The notes beneath the pieces are model-generated. The model did not search any database, was not told where the DNA came from, and saw only the letters and a list, made by a program, of their open reading frames with translations. From Promethearchaeota archaeon (GTDB taxonomy: Archaea; Asgardarchaeota; Lokiarchaeia; Sigyniarchaeales; SOKP01), in assembly GCA_030599585.1 (NCBI GenBank), contig JAUVNS010000008.1, positions 9,628-73,627 on the forward strand: a stretch of DNA of 64,000 nt. The letters are read 5' to 3'. A program made the position numbers and the translations under genes. Positions 55,746 to 63,890 of the stretch are shown here, in pieces. How positions within the stretch are numbered: position 1 is the first letter of the stretch; each line of letters starts with the position of its first letter.

Positions 55746-56636
55746 TTATTCTATTTTTATTTTAAATGAAACTTGATCATCCTCTAATCTAATAATCTTC
55801 CCCCTCTTTTCTTTCTCTAACATTTTAAAAATTTTAATAATATCATCATTGGGAAGTTTACTAAACGCTTTGTTAGATTCTCTAATTTCAAATATTAATA
55901 TTGGTTCCAATGGAGAAATCTCCATAGCCCAATCATATATTTCCTCAGCCCAATTATCTAAGCTCTTCCAATAAACTCTTAATTTCTCTTTACTTTTTGA
56001 TAACCATTCAGCTTGTTCTTTTTTAACTAATTCTTCAGCAATTTCCTCTAAGGCTTGTTTACGGTCTTCAAAATTAGAAAAGGGTTTTTCAGATTCAGAT
56101 TGTCGAAGATATAAAATATGAAGTATTGCATACCGTGCGTAATCGAAAAGAACTTTAGACCATTCGCTCTTCCAAGATTCATAGTCTTTCAAGTCAGTTT
56201 TTTTATTTGGAATTGAATACATAAATATATATCTTTTCTCTTCAAGCCACGGGTAATCGTTAAGTAACAATTCATAAGTTGATATTTCTTTAGTAACAGC
56301 TTCTCTTTCCTTTACTATTTCTAGCTCAATCTCGCGAAGTTCTATTTCAATTTGAGCGGCGTTTTGTTCGTATGTTTTTTGGTCTATTTCACCTAGTTTT
56401 GATGTGAGGAGATCTTCAAGTTTATTTAATCGCTCTTCAATTTCTTCACTTGGAAGCCCTTCTTGGATCGCTTCTGAAGCGATTTTTACTGTTTCATCTT
56501 CGATTTCTTTTAAATCCTTTTGTTTCTTTAGCTCTTTTAATCGAGTTAATTCCTTCCTTAAACCATCTAATTCTCTTTCAGGTTTTTCTTTTAAGTCCTT
56601 TACTGTATCTTCAGTTTTTTCTTTTTGCCGTTCCAT
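55746..56636 (-). CDS. vps25: ESCRT-II subunit Vps25-like with ~125-aa N-terminal charged coiled-coil extension
   Basis: The C-terminal 170 aa (YPWLEEKRYIFMYSIP..., AEELVKKEQAEWLSKSKEKLRVYWKSLDNWAEEIYDWA, LPNDDIIKIFKMLEKEKRGKIIRLEDDQVSFKIKI) parallel human VPS25 (LEELRKKGNLEWLDKSKSSFLIMWRRPEEWGKLIYQWV; LLRALQALQQEHKAEIITVSDGRGVKFF) from memory. The N-terminus is E/K-rich heptads. Confidence 0.8.
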   Translation of the reverse strand: MERQKEKTEDTVKDLKEKPERELDGLRKELTRLKELKKQKDLKEIEDETVKIASEAIQEGLPSEEIEERLNKLEDLLTSKLGEIDQKTYEQNAAQIEIELREIELEIVKEREAVTKEISTYELLLNDYPWLEEKRYIFMYSIPNKKTDLKDYESWKSEWSKVLFDYARYAILHILYLRQSESEKPFSNFEDRKQALEEIAEELVKKEQAEWLSKSKEKLRVYWKSLDNWAEEIYDWAMEISPLEPILIFEIRESNKAFSKLPNDDIIKIFKMLEKEKRGKIIRLEDDQVSFKIKIE

Positions 56637-56657
56637 AATCTACATCTTAATATGTTT

Positions 56658-57875
56658 TTAGTATTCTCCGAATTCTGTAGCCCATTGTTCGTATTGGTGT
56701 AAAGAAGATCCTGTAGTCATAGGCTTTACTTTTTTTAAAGTTTTAGTAAAGTCTTTTAATTCAATATCCCTTATAACAACTTCTTGATCGTTATTTTCCA
56801 GAAGCCCACCCATATCTAGTTCTCTAATTGGAAGCATTATAACTTCGCGACATACATTAGATATATCTCTTCCAGAATATCCATCAGATCTAACTCCTAA
56901 CTCAATAAAATCTTCCTCGGTCATAGCCATATTAATACCTGCGGTGTGAATTTTAAATATTCCAACTCTGGCTGGTAGATCTGGAAGAGGAACATACACT
57001 TTTTTTTCAAATCTACTAAGCATGGCTGTGTCAATATCCCATGGTCGATTAGTTGCCCCTAAAACTAACAGAGGTTTTTTAGAGCCTGATTTAACTCCTT
57101 GAATTTCAGCTAACAATTGAGTTTTTACTCTCCTTTCTCCACCGCCTTCGTGACCTTCACCTCTCTTAGTAGCTACAGAGTCAATTTCATCCATAAAAAT
57201 CAGACTAGGGGCTTTTATTCGAGCAACTTTAAAAAGTGAACTGATTAGCTTCTCACTTTCTCCTAACCATTTACTTAATAAATCGGCTGATGAGACACTA
57301 AAAAAAGTTGCTTCACATTCTGTTGCTGCAGCTCTTGCTAATAATGTTTTACCACATCCTGGAGGTCCAAATAATAAAATACCTGACCATGGCTTTCTTG
57401 CTCCTGTGAATAATTCAGGTCTCATAATTGGCAAGACTATAGCTTCTCTTAAGGCTTGTTTGCTTCCTTCTAGACCTGCTATGTCTATCCATTTTACGTT
57501 AGGTGATTCAGTTAAAATAGTCCCCGATATTGAATCTATGATTTCTTGTTCTTCAGCAGAATATAACCCTTCCTCTTCTTTTGTCTCGCCTTCTTTTGGT
57601 TCACCTGGTTTACTAGAAGGTCTTCCTCTCTTAACGCGGGGACCACTTAAGTGGGCTTTAAGTACGGTAGCGCGATCTAAGTATTGCTCGATTTGTTCAT
57701 GGCATTTCCGAATCATTATCGGATTTTTATTAAATTTTACGAATTGTATTAGGATTTCTGCTGCTCTTTGATACTTATTTAGAGCTTGTCTATAATGCCC
57801 CTTTTCATCCAAATCAACGGCAGCTTGCGCTTCTTGAACGGCATATAGGTAAAGTTTACTATCAACACTACTCAA
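56658..57875 (-). CDS. vps4: Vps4 AAA+ ATPase (MIT domain + AAA domain + Vps4 C-terminal helix)
   Basis: MIT-like three-helix N-terminus (AVQEAQAAVDLDEKGHYRQALNKYQRAAEILIQ), Walker A GPPGCGKT, Walker B IFMDEIDS, SRH GATNRPWDIDTAMLSRF, C-terminal YEQWATEFG. TTG start, no in-frame ATG near the N-terminus. Confidence 0.95.
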   Translation of the reverse strand: MSSVDSKLYLYAVQEAQAAVDLDEKGHYRQALNKYQRAAEILIQFVKFNKNPIMIRKCHEQIEQYLDRATVLKAHLSGPRVKRGRPSSKPGEPKEGETKEEEGLYSAEEQEIIDSISGTILTESPNVKWIDIAGLEGSKQALREAIVLPIMRPELFTGARKPWSGILLFGPPGCGKTLLARAAATECEATFFSVSSADLLSKWLGESEKLISSLFKVARIKAPSLIFMDEIDSVATKRGEGHEGGGERRVKTQLLAEIQGVKSGSKKPLLVLGATNRPWDIDTAMLSRFEKKVYVPLPDLPARVGIFKIHTAGINMAMTEEDFIELGVRSDGYSGRDISNVCREVIMLPIRELDMGGLLENNDQEVVIRDIELKDFTKTLKKVKPMTTGSSLHQYEQWATEFGEY

Positions 57876-58096
57876 CGGCTATAACCTTTTAAAAGTAATT
57901 ATTTATCTTATCTATGTTAAAATATTCTTAATATATATAGGTAAGCTAGTTCAATGTTTATTTTATTAATTAATTCTTCCACATATATCAAATTTTCTTT
58001 TTAAAAAGGTATTGTAAACATTGGTCTACAACAAAAAATTATATAATCTTGAGTTTTCTTATATTATATAAAAATAATAATAATTGATGAATTAAG

Positions 58097-58723
58097 ATGG
58101 GTTTTCTCAAAGATATGAGTAATTGGCTCTCAGGAGGCAAGAAAAAAGATACTGTTCGTTCTGCAACCGTCAAGCTTAAAGTGTTTAACAAAAGACTTAT
58201 GAGGCAAACGAAACGCATGGAAATCACAGCAAAACAAGCTAGAGATAAAGCCGTTAGATTGCGAAAAGCTGGTGATATGGATGGGTCCGCATTCCACGCA
58301 CGAAATTATCTTCAAGTTAAAAAACAAGCTAGGGCGATAGACCATTTTAGAACAAATTTAGAAGGAATGGTGTTCAAACTTGAACAGGCTAACGCAGTTA
58401 AAGACATTTCTAACATAATGACTGGCATCGCTGCTAGTCTAGGTGCTTTAAAGAGTCAATTGTCAGTCCCACAACTAACCGAAATGATGACCGAAATCGG
58501 AATTGATATGGAAGACTTTGAAGTAACGCAAGAAATAACTTCGGATGGAATCGATAGTATGACGTTAGATACTGCTGTTTCAGATAGTCAAGTAAAAGAT
58601 ATATTAGGCGAAATCGATGCAGAGATTCAAGTTGAAGTTGGTGGAGCATTACCATCAATAGATCCTGATGGAAAAGTTAAAGAATTAGAAGAAGAGTTAA
58701 ATAAATTAAAATCACGAGATTGA
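58097..58723 (+). CDS. ESCRT-III (Snf7 family), Vps2/24/46 (CHMP1-3)-like, with C-terminal MIM1-like motif
   Basis: Basic N-terminal helical hairpin, acidic C-terminus. VPQLTEMMTEIGIDMEDFEVTQEI resembles CHMP2 LPQIQKIMMEFERQ.... The terminal KELEEELNKLKSR fits LxxRLxxLK-type MIM1. Confidence 0.9.
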   Translation: MGFLKDMSNWLSGGKKKDTVRSATVKLKVFNKRLMRQTKRMEITAKQARDKAVRLRKAGDMDGSAFHARNYLQVKKQARAIDHFRTNLEGMVFKLEQANAVKDISNIMTGIAASLGALKSQLSVPQLTEMMTEIGIDMEDFEVTQEITSDGIDSMTLDTAVSDSQVKDILGEIDAEIQVEVGGALPSIDPDGKVKELEEELNKLKSRD

Positions 58724-58828
58724 GTACTAGCAATATTTAGTTCCTCTTCCTTCCTACCTACCAAAATTATTTAAGGTTAAACTCTATTTTTAATTTATTC
58801 TTAAACTCAATTTGAACGAGTGTTAAAA

Positions 58829-59836
58829 ATGAATCCAGAAGTAATCGCAATTGGTAGTTGTACGCTTGATTGTATGCTACAAGTTAAGGATATTCTTAGA
58901 TTTGAGCTTTTAGATAAGGATATTATTAAAAAATATACAGCAATTGAATATAGTCACAAATTGAATGTAGATGGCGTTTTATTCGTTCCAGGAGGTTCTG
59001 CTGCTAATATTGCTTCAAATTGCGCAATGTTAGGCTTAAAAAGTGCTTATATTGGCGTACTTGGACATGACTTTTCTGCTGATATATGTTTAGATGATAT
59101 GAAAAAGAGGGGCGTTGATTTATCGAATGTCATTCAAACTGATGAGGATTGTACTGCTTTTTCAGTAATTTTAAAAACAGAATGGGGAAAAGATCGAAGT
59201 ATTTTAGCATATAAAGGTGCAAATAATATGTTAAAGCCCGAGGATGTCAAAGAAGAATTTTTTAAAGATATCAAAGCTTTTGCTTGGACTTCCTTGACTA
59301 CAGAAAATGGATGTAGAGCAATCGAAAAAGCACTTACATTTACATTAGAAAATAATGGTAAAGTATTTGCTGCTCCTAGCATGTCAATCATTAAAAATAG
59401 TCCAAAATGGGCAAAAATTTTAATTTCTAACTCGGATGTAGTTTCCCTGAATAAAGAAGAAGCACAAGAATTTACTGAAGAACAAGATACCGTGCCTATG
59501 ATTCATAAATTTTTAGATATGGGCGTAAACTTAATATCTATTACAGATGGACCAAATGGATCCATAATTTCAGACGGTCAAAATATAGTAAATAGTTCGA
59601 TTTACGAAGGACCAGTTGAAGACACAACGGGTGCTGGAGACGCATTTCTAACTGGTCTATTAATATCTCGTCTAAATGGATTTTCTTTAGAAAAGTCCTC
59701 TAAAATGGCAACAGCTATGTCCTATTTAGAAAGTAAGGAGATTGGAGTTCGAGAGGGTCTACCTAACAGCTTAAAAGAATTAGAAGATTTTATTAACAAT
59801 AATCAGATAAAACAGATTGTATCTAAAATTGTATAA
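58829..59836 (+). CDS. PfkB-family carbohydrate/nucleoside kinase
   Basis: GGSAANIA near the N-terminus, DTTGAGDAFLTG catalytic motif. First ATG after GTG 58820. Confidence 0.85.
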   Translation: MNPEVIAIGSCTLDCMLQVKDILRFELLDKDIIKKYTAIEYSHKLNVDGVLFVPGGSAANIASNCAMLGLKSAYIGVLGHDFSADICLDDMKKRGVDLSNVIQTDEDCTAFSVILKTEWGKDRSILAYKGANNMLKPEDVKEEFFKDIKAFAWTSLTTENGCRAIEKALTFTLENNGKVFAAPSMSIIKNSPKWAKILISNSDVVSLNKEEAQEFTEEQDTVPMIHKFLDMGVNLISITDGPNGSIISDGQNIVNSSIYEGPVEDTTGAGDAFLTGLLISRLNGFSLEKSSKMATAMSYLESKEIGVREGLPNSLKELEDFINNNQIKQIVSKIV

Positions 59837-59931
59837 CATACAATTCTAATTACGTTCTGAGTTTTATGGTAAAAGATTAAATTTTAATTTCTTAGTGTAT
59901 TTTTCATATCATTATACGACTTAAACAAAAA

Positions 59932-60033
59932 GCGCTGCTAGTATAGTGGTCAGTATACTCCTCATTTGGTAAACTAATTTGGGTATAACAGGTTGCCAAC
60001 TTGGTGACCCGGGTTCGAGTCCCGGGCGGCGCA
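59932..60033 (+). tRNA. tRNA-Gly(GCC) with a 28-nt intron at a non-canonical position (5' strand of the anticodon stem)
   Basis: Acceptor GCGCUGC/GCGGCGC+A73. D-arm GUAU-AGUGGUCAGU-AUAC. T-arm CCGGG-UUCGAGU-CCCGG. After removal of 59961-59988 the anticodon arm is CCAGG-UUGCCAA-CUUGG with a 4-nt variable loop UGAC. No encoded CCA. Confidence 0.8.
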
Positions 60034-60036
60034 TAC

Positions 60037-60043
60037 TTTTTTT
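60037..60043 (+). terminator. Oligo-T tract downstream of tRNA-Gly
   Basis: Seven consecutive T starting 4 nt after the discriminator base. Archaeal terminators are typically T-runs. Confidence 0.45.
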
Positions 60044-60110
60044 ATTTTATAGAATTTATTAAATATAATTCAATTTTATTAGACTATGGGAAACTAAAAG
60101 GTGGTTTTAC

Positions 60111-60236
60111 TTGGATGATAAAGAAGTCGGTAGATATTGGGACGAAAATGCAGAAAACTGGATTAAACTAGCAAAGTTGGGATATGATCGATGTCCCTAT
60201 TTTTTGATTACACGCTGTCGGAAACCAAAAATATAG
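60111..60236 (+). pseudogene. Internally deleted remnant of a class I SAM methyltransferase
   Basis: The 41-codon ORF LDDKEVGRYWDENAENWIKLAKLGYD-RCPYFLITRCRKPKI* joins a typical N-terminal block of a methyltransferase family (..VGKYWDENAE.W..L...GYD..) directly to a typical C-terminal tail (..F....C.K). The whole SAM-binding core is missing. Confidence 0.45.
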
Positions 60237-60330
60237 TCTTTTACGAAAAACTTCGTGAAAGGTGTGTTTCACGATCTGTTTACAGATGTTCAAAGAATAA
60301 AAAAAAAATAGTTAAAATTTTTATGATTTA

Positions 60331-62019
60331 CTAAATTGGTATTGGTATTGGTTCTTTCAAACCGTAATGGAGAGTTACAAATCCTACAACTAAAACAAAG
60401 AGTGCCAAGCCTGGCCAAAGAGAAGCCCATGGGGCGTCGTATAAATGTTGTCTAGCTCTACTAATATCGTTTCCTAATTGTATAAGCGTCGGATCGGAAA
60501 ATCCAAGGAAACTTATTGCTTCGAATAACAAAATATTGAGTGCCATGAATAACGGGAAGTACGCAATTAGTTTTTTGGCTGTTAATTTCAAGCTGTAATT
60601 TCCCCTACTGATTAATAATGCGACCCCGGGGATCGTATACAGTGCCATAATGCTCATTGCTACTGAAACATTCTGTCCTAAAATACCTGTGAATAGTAAG
60701 ATTCCGATAATACTAGGTATAATGAAAAGAATTACCGTGAGTCCCAAGACTAACCCTTTTAGCCACCTATGAACTTTCGATAAATAACCAAATAACGATC
60801 CTATTGCAATTCCTATGAGAACGGAAAAGACGCACACTATTATCGATGTTGATACACCATATGCCAATCGTGCGAGTACGTCGCGTCCGAACATAGTTTG
60901 TCCCAAGGGATGAGTCGCAGATGGCGGATCCCAAGAACCAACATAAATACCCGTAGCTTCTTCGAAAGTAAATGGCGTCAATACCTGCGGAAATATAGCA
61001 ACTATTATCGTAAACACTACGATCGCTAATCCTATTATTGTTAATGGAGATTTCAGGCGATTAAATGTAAAACCCTTAAAGTTTTGTCCTGAGTCGAGGT
61101 CATAACTAGCGCTTTCTTCAGCCATTTGTTCAGTTCTACCGAAAATGTTAGTAAATATTCTCGATTCCCTTTCTCCTAAGAGGTGATTGTAAGCTGTGTA
61201 AACGCTATTAGATAGGAATAGTATAATAACAATCAATAGGATAATACTAAAGATTATTGCATGAGTTACCCAATAATCAGCATTGTGGATCGCTACTATA
61301 AAAAGGTTAAAAAATCCATTTATTCCGAACGTAATTTCGAGTAGGAAAAAACTTGCAATTAAGACGCTTGCGTTCATAATGATCTGTAGGCTATTTGACA
61401 AAATATGTTTTTCTTCCGATTCTTTTAAATAATTAGAACGAACCTGTCTTGTTGTAAGAAATAATGTTAACGGAAATAGTACGGAAGCCGGTAAAAATGG
61501 ATCGCCGACCGCTGGAAAAAGTTCCAACTGAAATGCGAAAGTGTATTGGAACCACATCCCTACGACAAACACAGGCGTCGAAATACCTAAAATAATTAGA
61601 ATTTGAATCAATCCTTTAACTAATTTATACCTAACTCTTACTGACAAGATTCCTAGTAAAATACCCGCGATTAAACCTAAAACAATAGGTAGTATTGTAA
61701 AACCTAAACTTTCTGGAATCCTGCTAGCCAAAAGATCAAATACGGGTTGGCCTGAAGCAATAGAAGCAGAAAATCCTAGATTTCCTGTAAAAAAATCTCC
61801 AAGATACCTAAAGAACTGCTCGATCAAAGGTTTATCGAATCCAAACATGTGGAACATCATATTATATTGTTCTTGTGTAAAGGACGGAGGTAGATATGCA
61901 AGAACCGGGTCACCGGGTAATAGTCGAATCAAAAGAAAACTCAAGGTCAATCCGAAAAATAATGCCACGATAGGGAGTAAAAAAGTATAAATTATGTTTT
62001 TTTTAAGAACACTGGTCAT
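60331..62019 (-). CDS. Fused ABC-transporter permease (OppB/DppB-like half + OppC/DppC-like half)
   Basis: The N-terminal half starts LLIRLLPGDPV (DppB-type). The C-terminal half contains HPLGQTMFGRDVLARL (DppC-type N-terminal motif). About 12 TMs in one 562-aa ORF. Confidence 0.75.
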   Translation of the reverse strand: MTSVLKKNIIYTFLLPIVALFFGLTLSFLLIRLLPGDPVLAYLPPSFTQEQYNMMFHMFGFDKPLIEQFFRYLGDFFTGNLGFSASIASGQPVFDLLASRIPESLGFTILPIVLGLIAGILLGILSVRVRYKLVKGLIQILIILGISTPVFVVGMWFQYTFAFQLELFPAVGDPFLPASVLFPLTLFLTTRQVRSNYLKESEEKHILSNSLQIIMNASVLIASFFLLEITFGINGFFNLFIVAIHNADYWVTHAIIFSIILLIVIILFLSNSVYTAYNHLLGERESRIFTNIFGRTEQMAEESASYDLDSGQNFKGFTFNRLKSPLTIIGLAIVVFTIIVAIFPQVLTPFTFEEATGIYVGSWDPPSATHPLGQTMFGRDVLARLAYGVSTSIIVCVFSVLIGIAIGSLFGYLSKVHRWLKGLVLGLTVILFIIPSIIGILLFTGILGQNVSVAMSIMALYTIPGVALLISRGNYSLKLTAKKLIAYFPLFMALNILLFEAISFLGFSDPTLIQLGNDISRARQHLYDAPWASLWPGLALFVLVVGFVTLHYGLKEPIPIPI

Positions 62020-62138
62020 TTCGTTTTGCCTTTTTTTTTAAATTAATTTTGGTAGTATGTTTCATTAAGATATTTACTTATATAAATATAGCAGAATCGT
62101 GTTATTACTTAATTTATCCCAAATAATATTAGATTTTG

Positions 62139-62984
62139 TTAGAGAGTACTGAGAAAATTAGAAACGTTCGAAGGTTTTGGGATTTTAACCTCGAAATAAT
62201 GCTCAACGATTTCGTAAAGAAAGTCGAGATATGGTAATTGGATTTTTATGCTATGAACTTTTGCTATCTCTTCAATTACCTTTTTAGAAATAAGTTTCTC
62301 TTTCTTTTTCAAACTGTTGACTCTTTCAACAATTGTTTCAGAAAGTTCGTAAGATTTTTGGATTGCATTATGCAAATAAATTAAACTTGGTATAGGTTCG
62401 TATTCTTCTAAAAATTTTCTTACTAATAATCTTTCTATACTGATCTTCTTTGGATTAAGAATATCGTCGTAATCTTGAAGGATTTTGTTGTTTTTCAGTA
62501 TAATATCCTCTTTAAAACTCTCGAGTTGGTATTGTTCTTCTGATTTTACCCGTATAGACGTTTTATAGGAATTTTTCGTTATGTAGTTAAAAAAATTGTA
62601 GATCTGATCAACCATGAATGCTTGATCAGTAAGTATCAATACATTTTTCTTAAAAAAAATCGCTCGAATGATGTTTACTAATAAAGTGGCTGTCAAATTA
62701 AGTTTGATAAGGCTCACATCAATTGATTCTAATTGAGGAGACGTTTCAGGGTCCTTAACTGGTCGGGAAGTTATTTCAGGAAGCTCTAATTGAAAATCTG
62801 CTATAAAAGTGTCTCTTACAGTAAGATTTTTGTCGATGTAAGCGACGAAAGAATGTTCACAAGCAATTCCTTCCGATACATTTACTGCAAAAACGCCTCT
62901 AACGGCTTTTTCCACTTCTTCCTCTGATACTTCAATGTATCCTATTCTTGAACAAGATGGACATCGAACTTCGAGCTTTTTCAT
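62139..62984 (-). CDS. Hypothetical protein with N-terminal Zn-ribbon-like element
   Basis: RCPSCSRIGYIEV...GIACEH, then an alpha/beta middle region (DVSLIKLNLTATLLVNIIRAIFFKKNVLILTDQAFMV) and a helical C-terminus. No family recognised with certainty. Confidence 0.5.
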   Translation of the reverse strand: MKKLEVRCPSCSRIGYIEVSEEEVEKAVRGVFAVNVSEGIACEHSFVAYIDKNLTVRDTFIADFQLELPEITSRPVKDPETSPQLESIDVSLIKLNLTATLLVNIIRAIFFKKNVLILTDQAFMVDQIYNFFNYITKNSYKTSIRVKSEEQYQLESFKEDIILKNNKILQDYDDILNPKKISIERLLVRKFLEEYEPIPSLIYLHNAIQKSYELSETIVERVNSLKKKEKLISKKVIEEIAKVHSIKIQLPYLDFLYEIVEHYFEVKIPKPSNVSNFLSTL

Positions 62985-63143
62985 TTATAAAAATCTCACT
63001 ATTGTTATCAAATCAATATTGGAGTTTTTCTAGCAGTTACAATTAAATTTTAAACAATCAATTATATAAAGGTTAACTGAGTAAATAAATAAAAATTAAC
63101 ATTGAATATATAATTCTTTCAAGATTGTATAGTCTGTGAAAGG

Positions 63144-63623
63144 TTAATACCGATTTATCTTTGCATATTTCTTTTCAATCAGGTTAGCTATAAGTAAGGA
63201 GATTACTACTGCTAAATTTTCAGATATCAAAAATGCCATTACACTATTTAAAAAGATCAAGCTTATCCCATAAGTACTAAAAAATATAACAGCAAAAACA
63301 GGAAAGACTATTAATATCGGTCTAATAATGGGAAAATATAGTATTGTTCGAAACTTAGATGCCCCTGACCTTGATTTTTGAAATTGGCTTCTCATTTTCT
63401 TCCTTTTTTCAACTTGGACAAAGGACTCAAATATAATAACTACTCCAAAAAACAGAGCTATGGTTGCGCCAATCGGTATTAATATTACTACTAAATAATT
63501 CCCTACCCCCAGTATGAATTGAGCTAAGAATATAAACAATATTTGGAAAATTCCACATGCACCGAATAGCATTAAAGCAATTGGCATGTATTCCTTTGAT
63601 GTCCAGCGAAATCTTATTGGCAT
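63144..63623 (-). CDS. Four-TM membrane protein (hypothetical)
   Basis: 159-aa ORF with four long hydrophobic segments and a basic central loop (KRKKMRSQFQKSRSG). Starts 27 nt downstream of tRNA-Val on the same strand. Confidence 0.45.
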   Translation of the reverse strand: MPIRFRWTSKEYMPIALMLFGACGIFQILFIFLAQFILGVGNYLVVILIPIGATIALFFGVVIIFESFVQVEKRKKMRSQFQKSRSGASKFRTILYFPIIRPILIVFPVFAVIFFSTYGISLIFLNSVMAFLISENLAVVISLLIANLIEKKYAKINRY

Positions 63624-63650
63624 TTTTATAGATTGTTTTTTGTTTTATAA

Positions 63651-63724
63651 TGGGCCCGGTGCGATTTGAACGCACGACCTTCTCCACGTCAAGGAGACGT
63701 CATACCGAGCTAGACCACGGGCCC
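63651..63724 (-). tRNA. tRNA-Val(GAC)
   Basis: Minus strand GGGCCCG-UG-GUCU..GAC-G-UCUCC-UUGACGU-GGAGA-AGGUC-GUGCG-UUCAAAU-CGCAC-CGGGCCC-A. Canonical cloverleaf, no intron, no encoded CCA. Confidence 0.9.
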
Positions 63725-63890
63725 GAGATTGATTTCCCTAATTTAAGTTTAAAAAATACTAAAATTTGAGATAACTAATGTATATAATTAAAAAATAAAT
63801 AATTTATTAGTTTTTTCTGAAAGATCACAAATCTAGTTAAACACGACTACTATTACTAAAAAAAATATAAAAAAATAATTAACGATATAT

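Noticed and set aside
59932-60033. Reading of the intron-bearing tRNA as tRNA-Pro(UGG) with a canonical 37/38 intron (CCUCA-UUUGGUA...)
   Set aside because: No sequence complementary to CCUCA (UGAGG or a G-U variant) exists downstream to close the anticodon stem. Position 37 would also be a pyrimidine. The Gly(GCC) solution gives a complete arm and a BHB-like motif.
63427-63687. 86-aa ORF on the minus strand
   Set aside because: It overlaps both tRNA-Val and the better-supported four-TM ORF in another frame.
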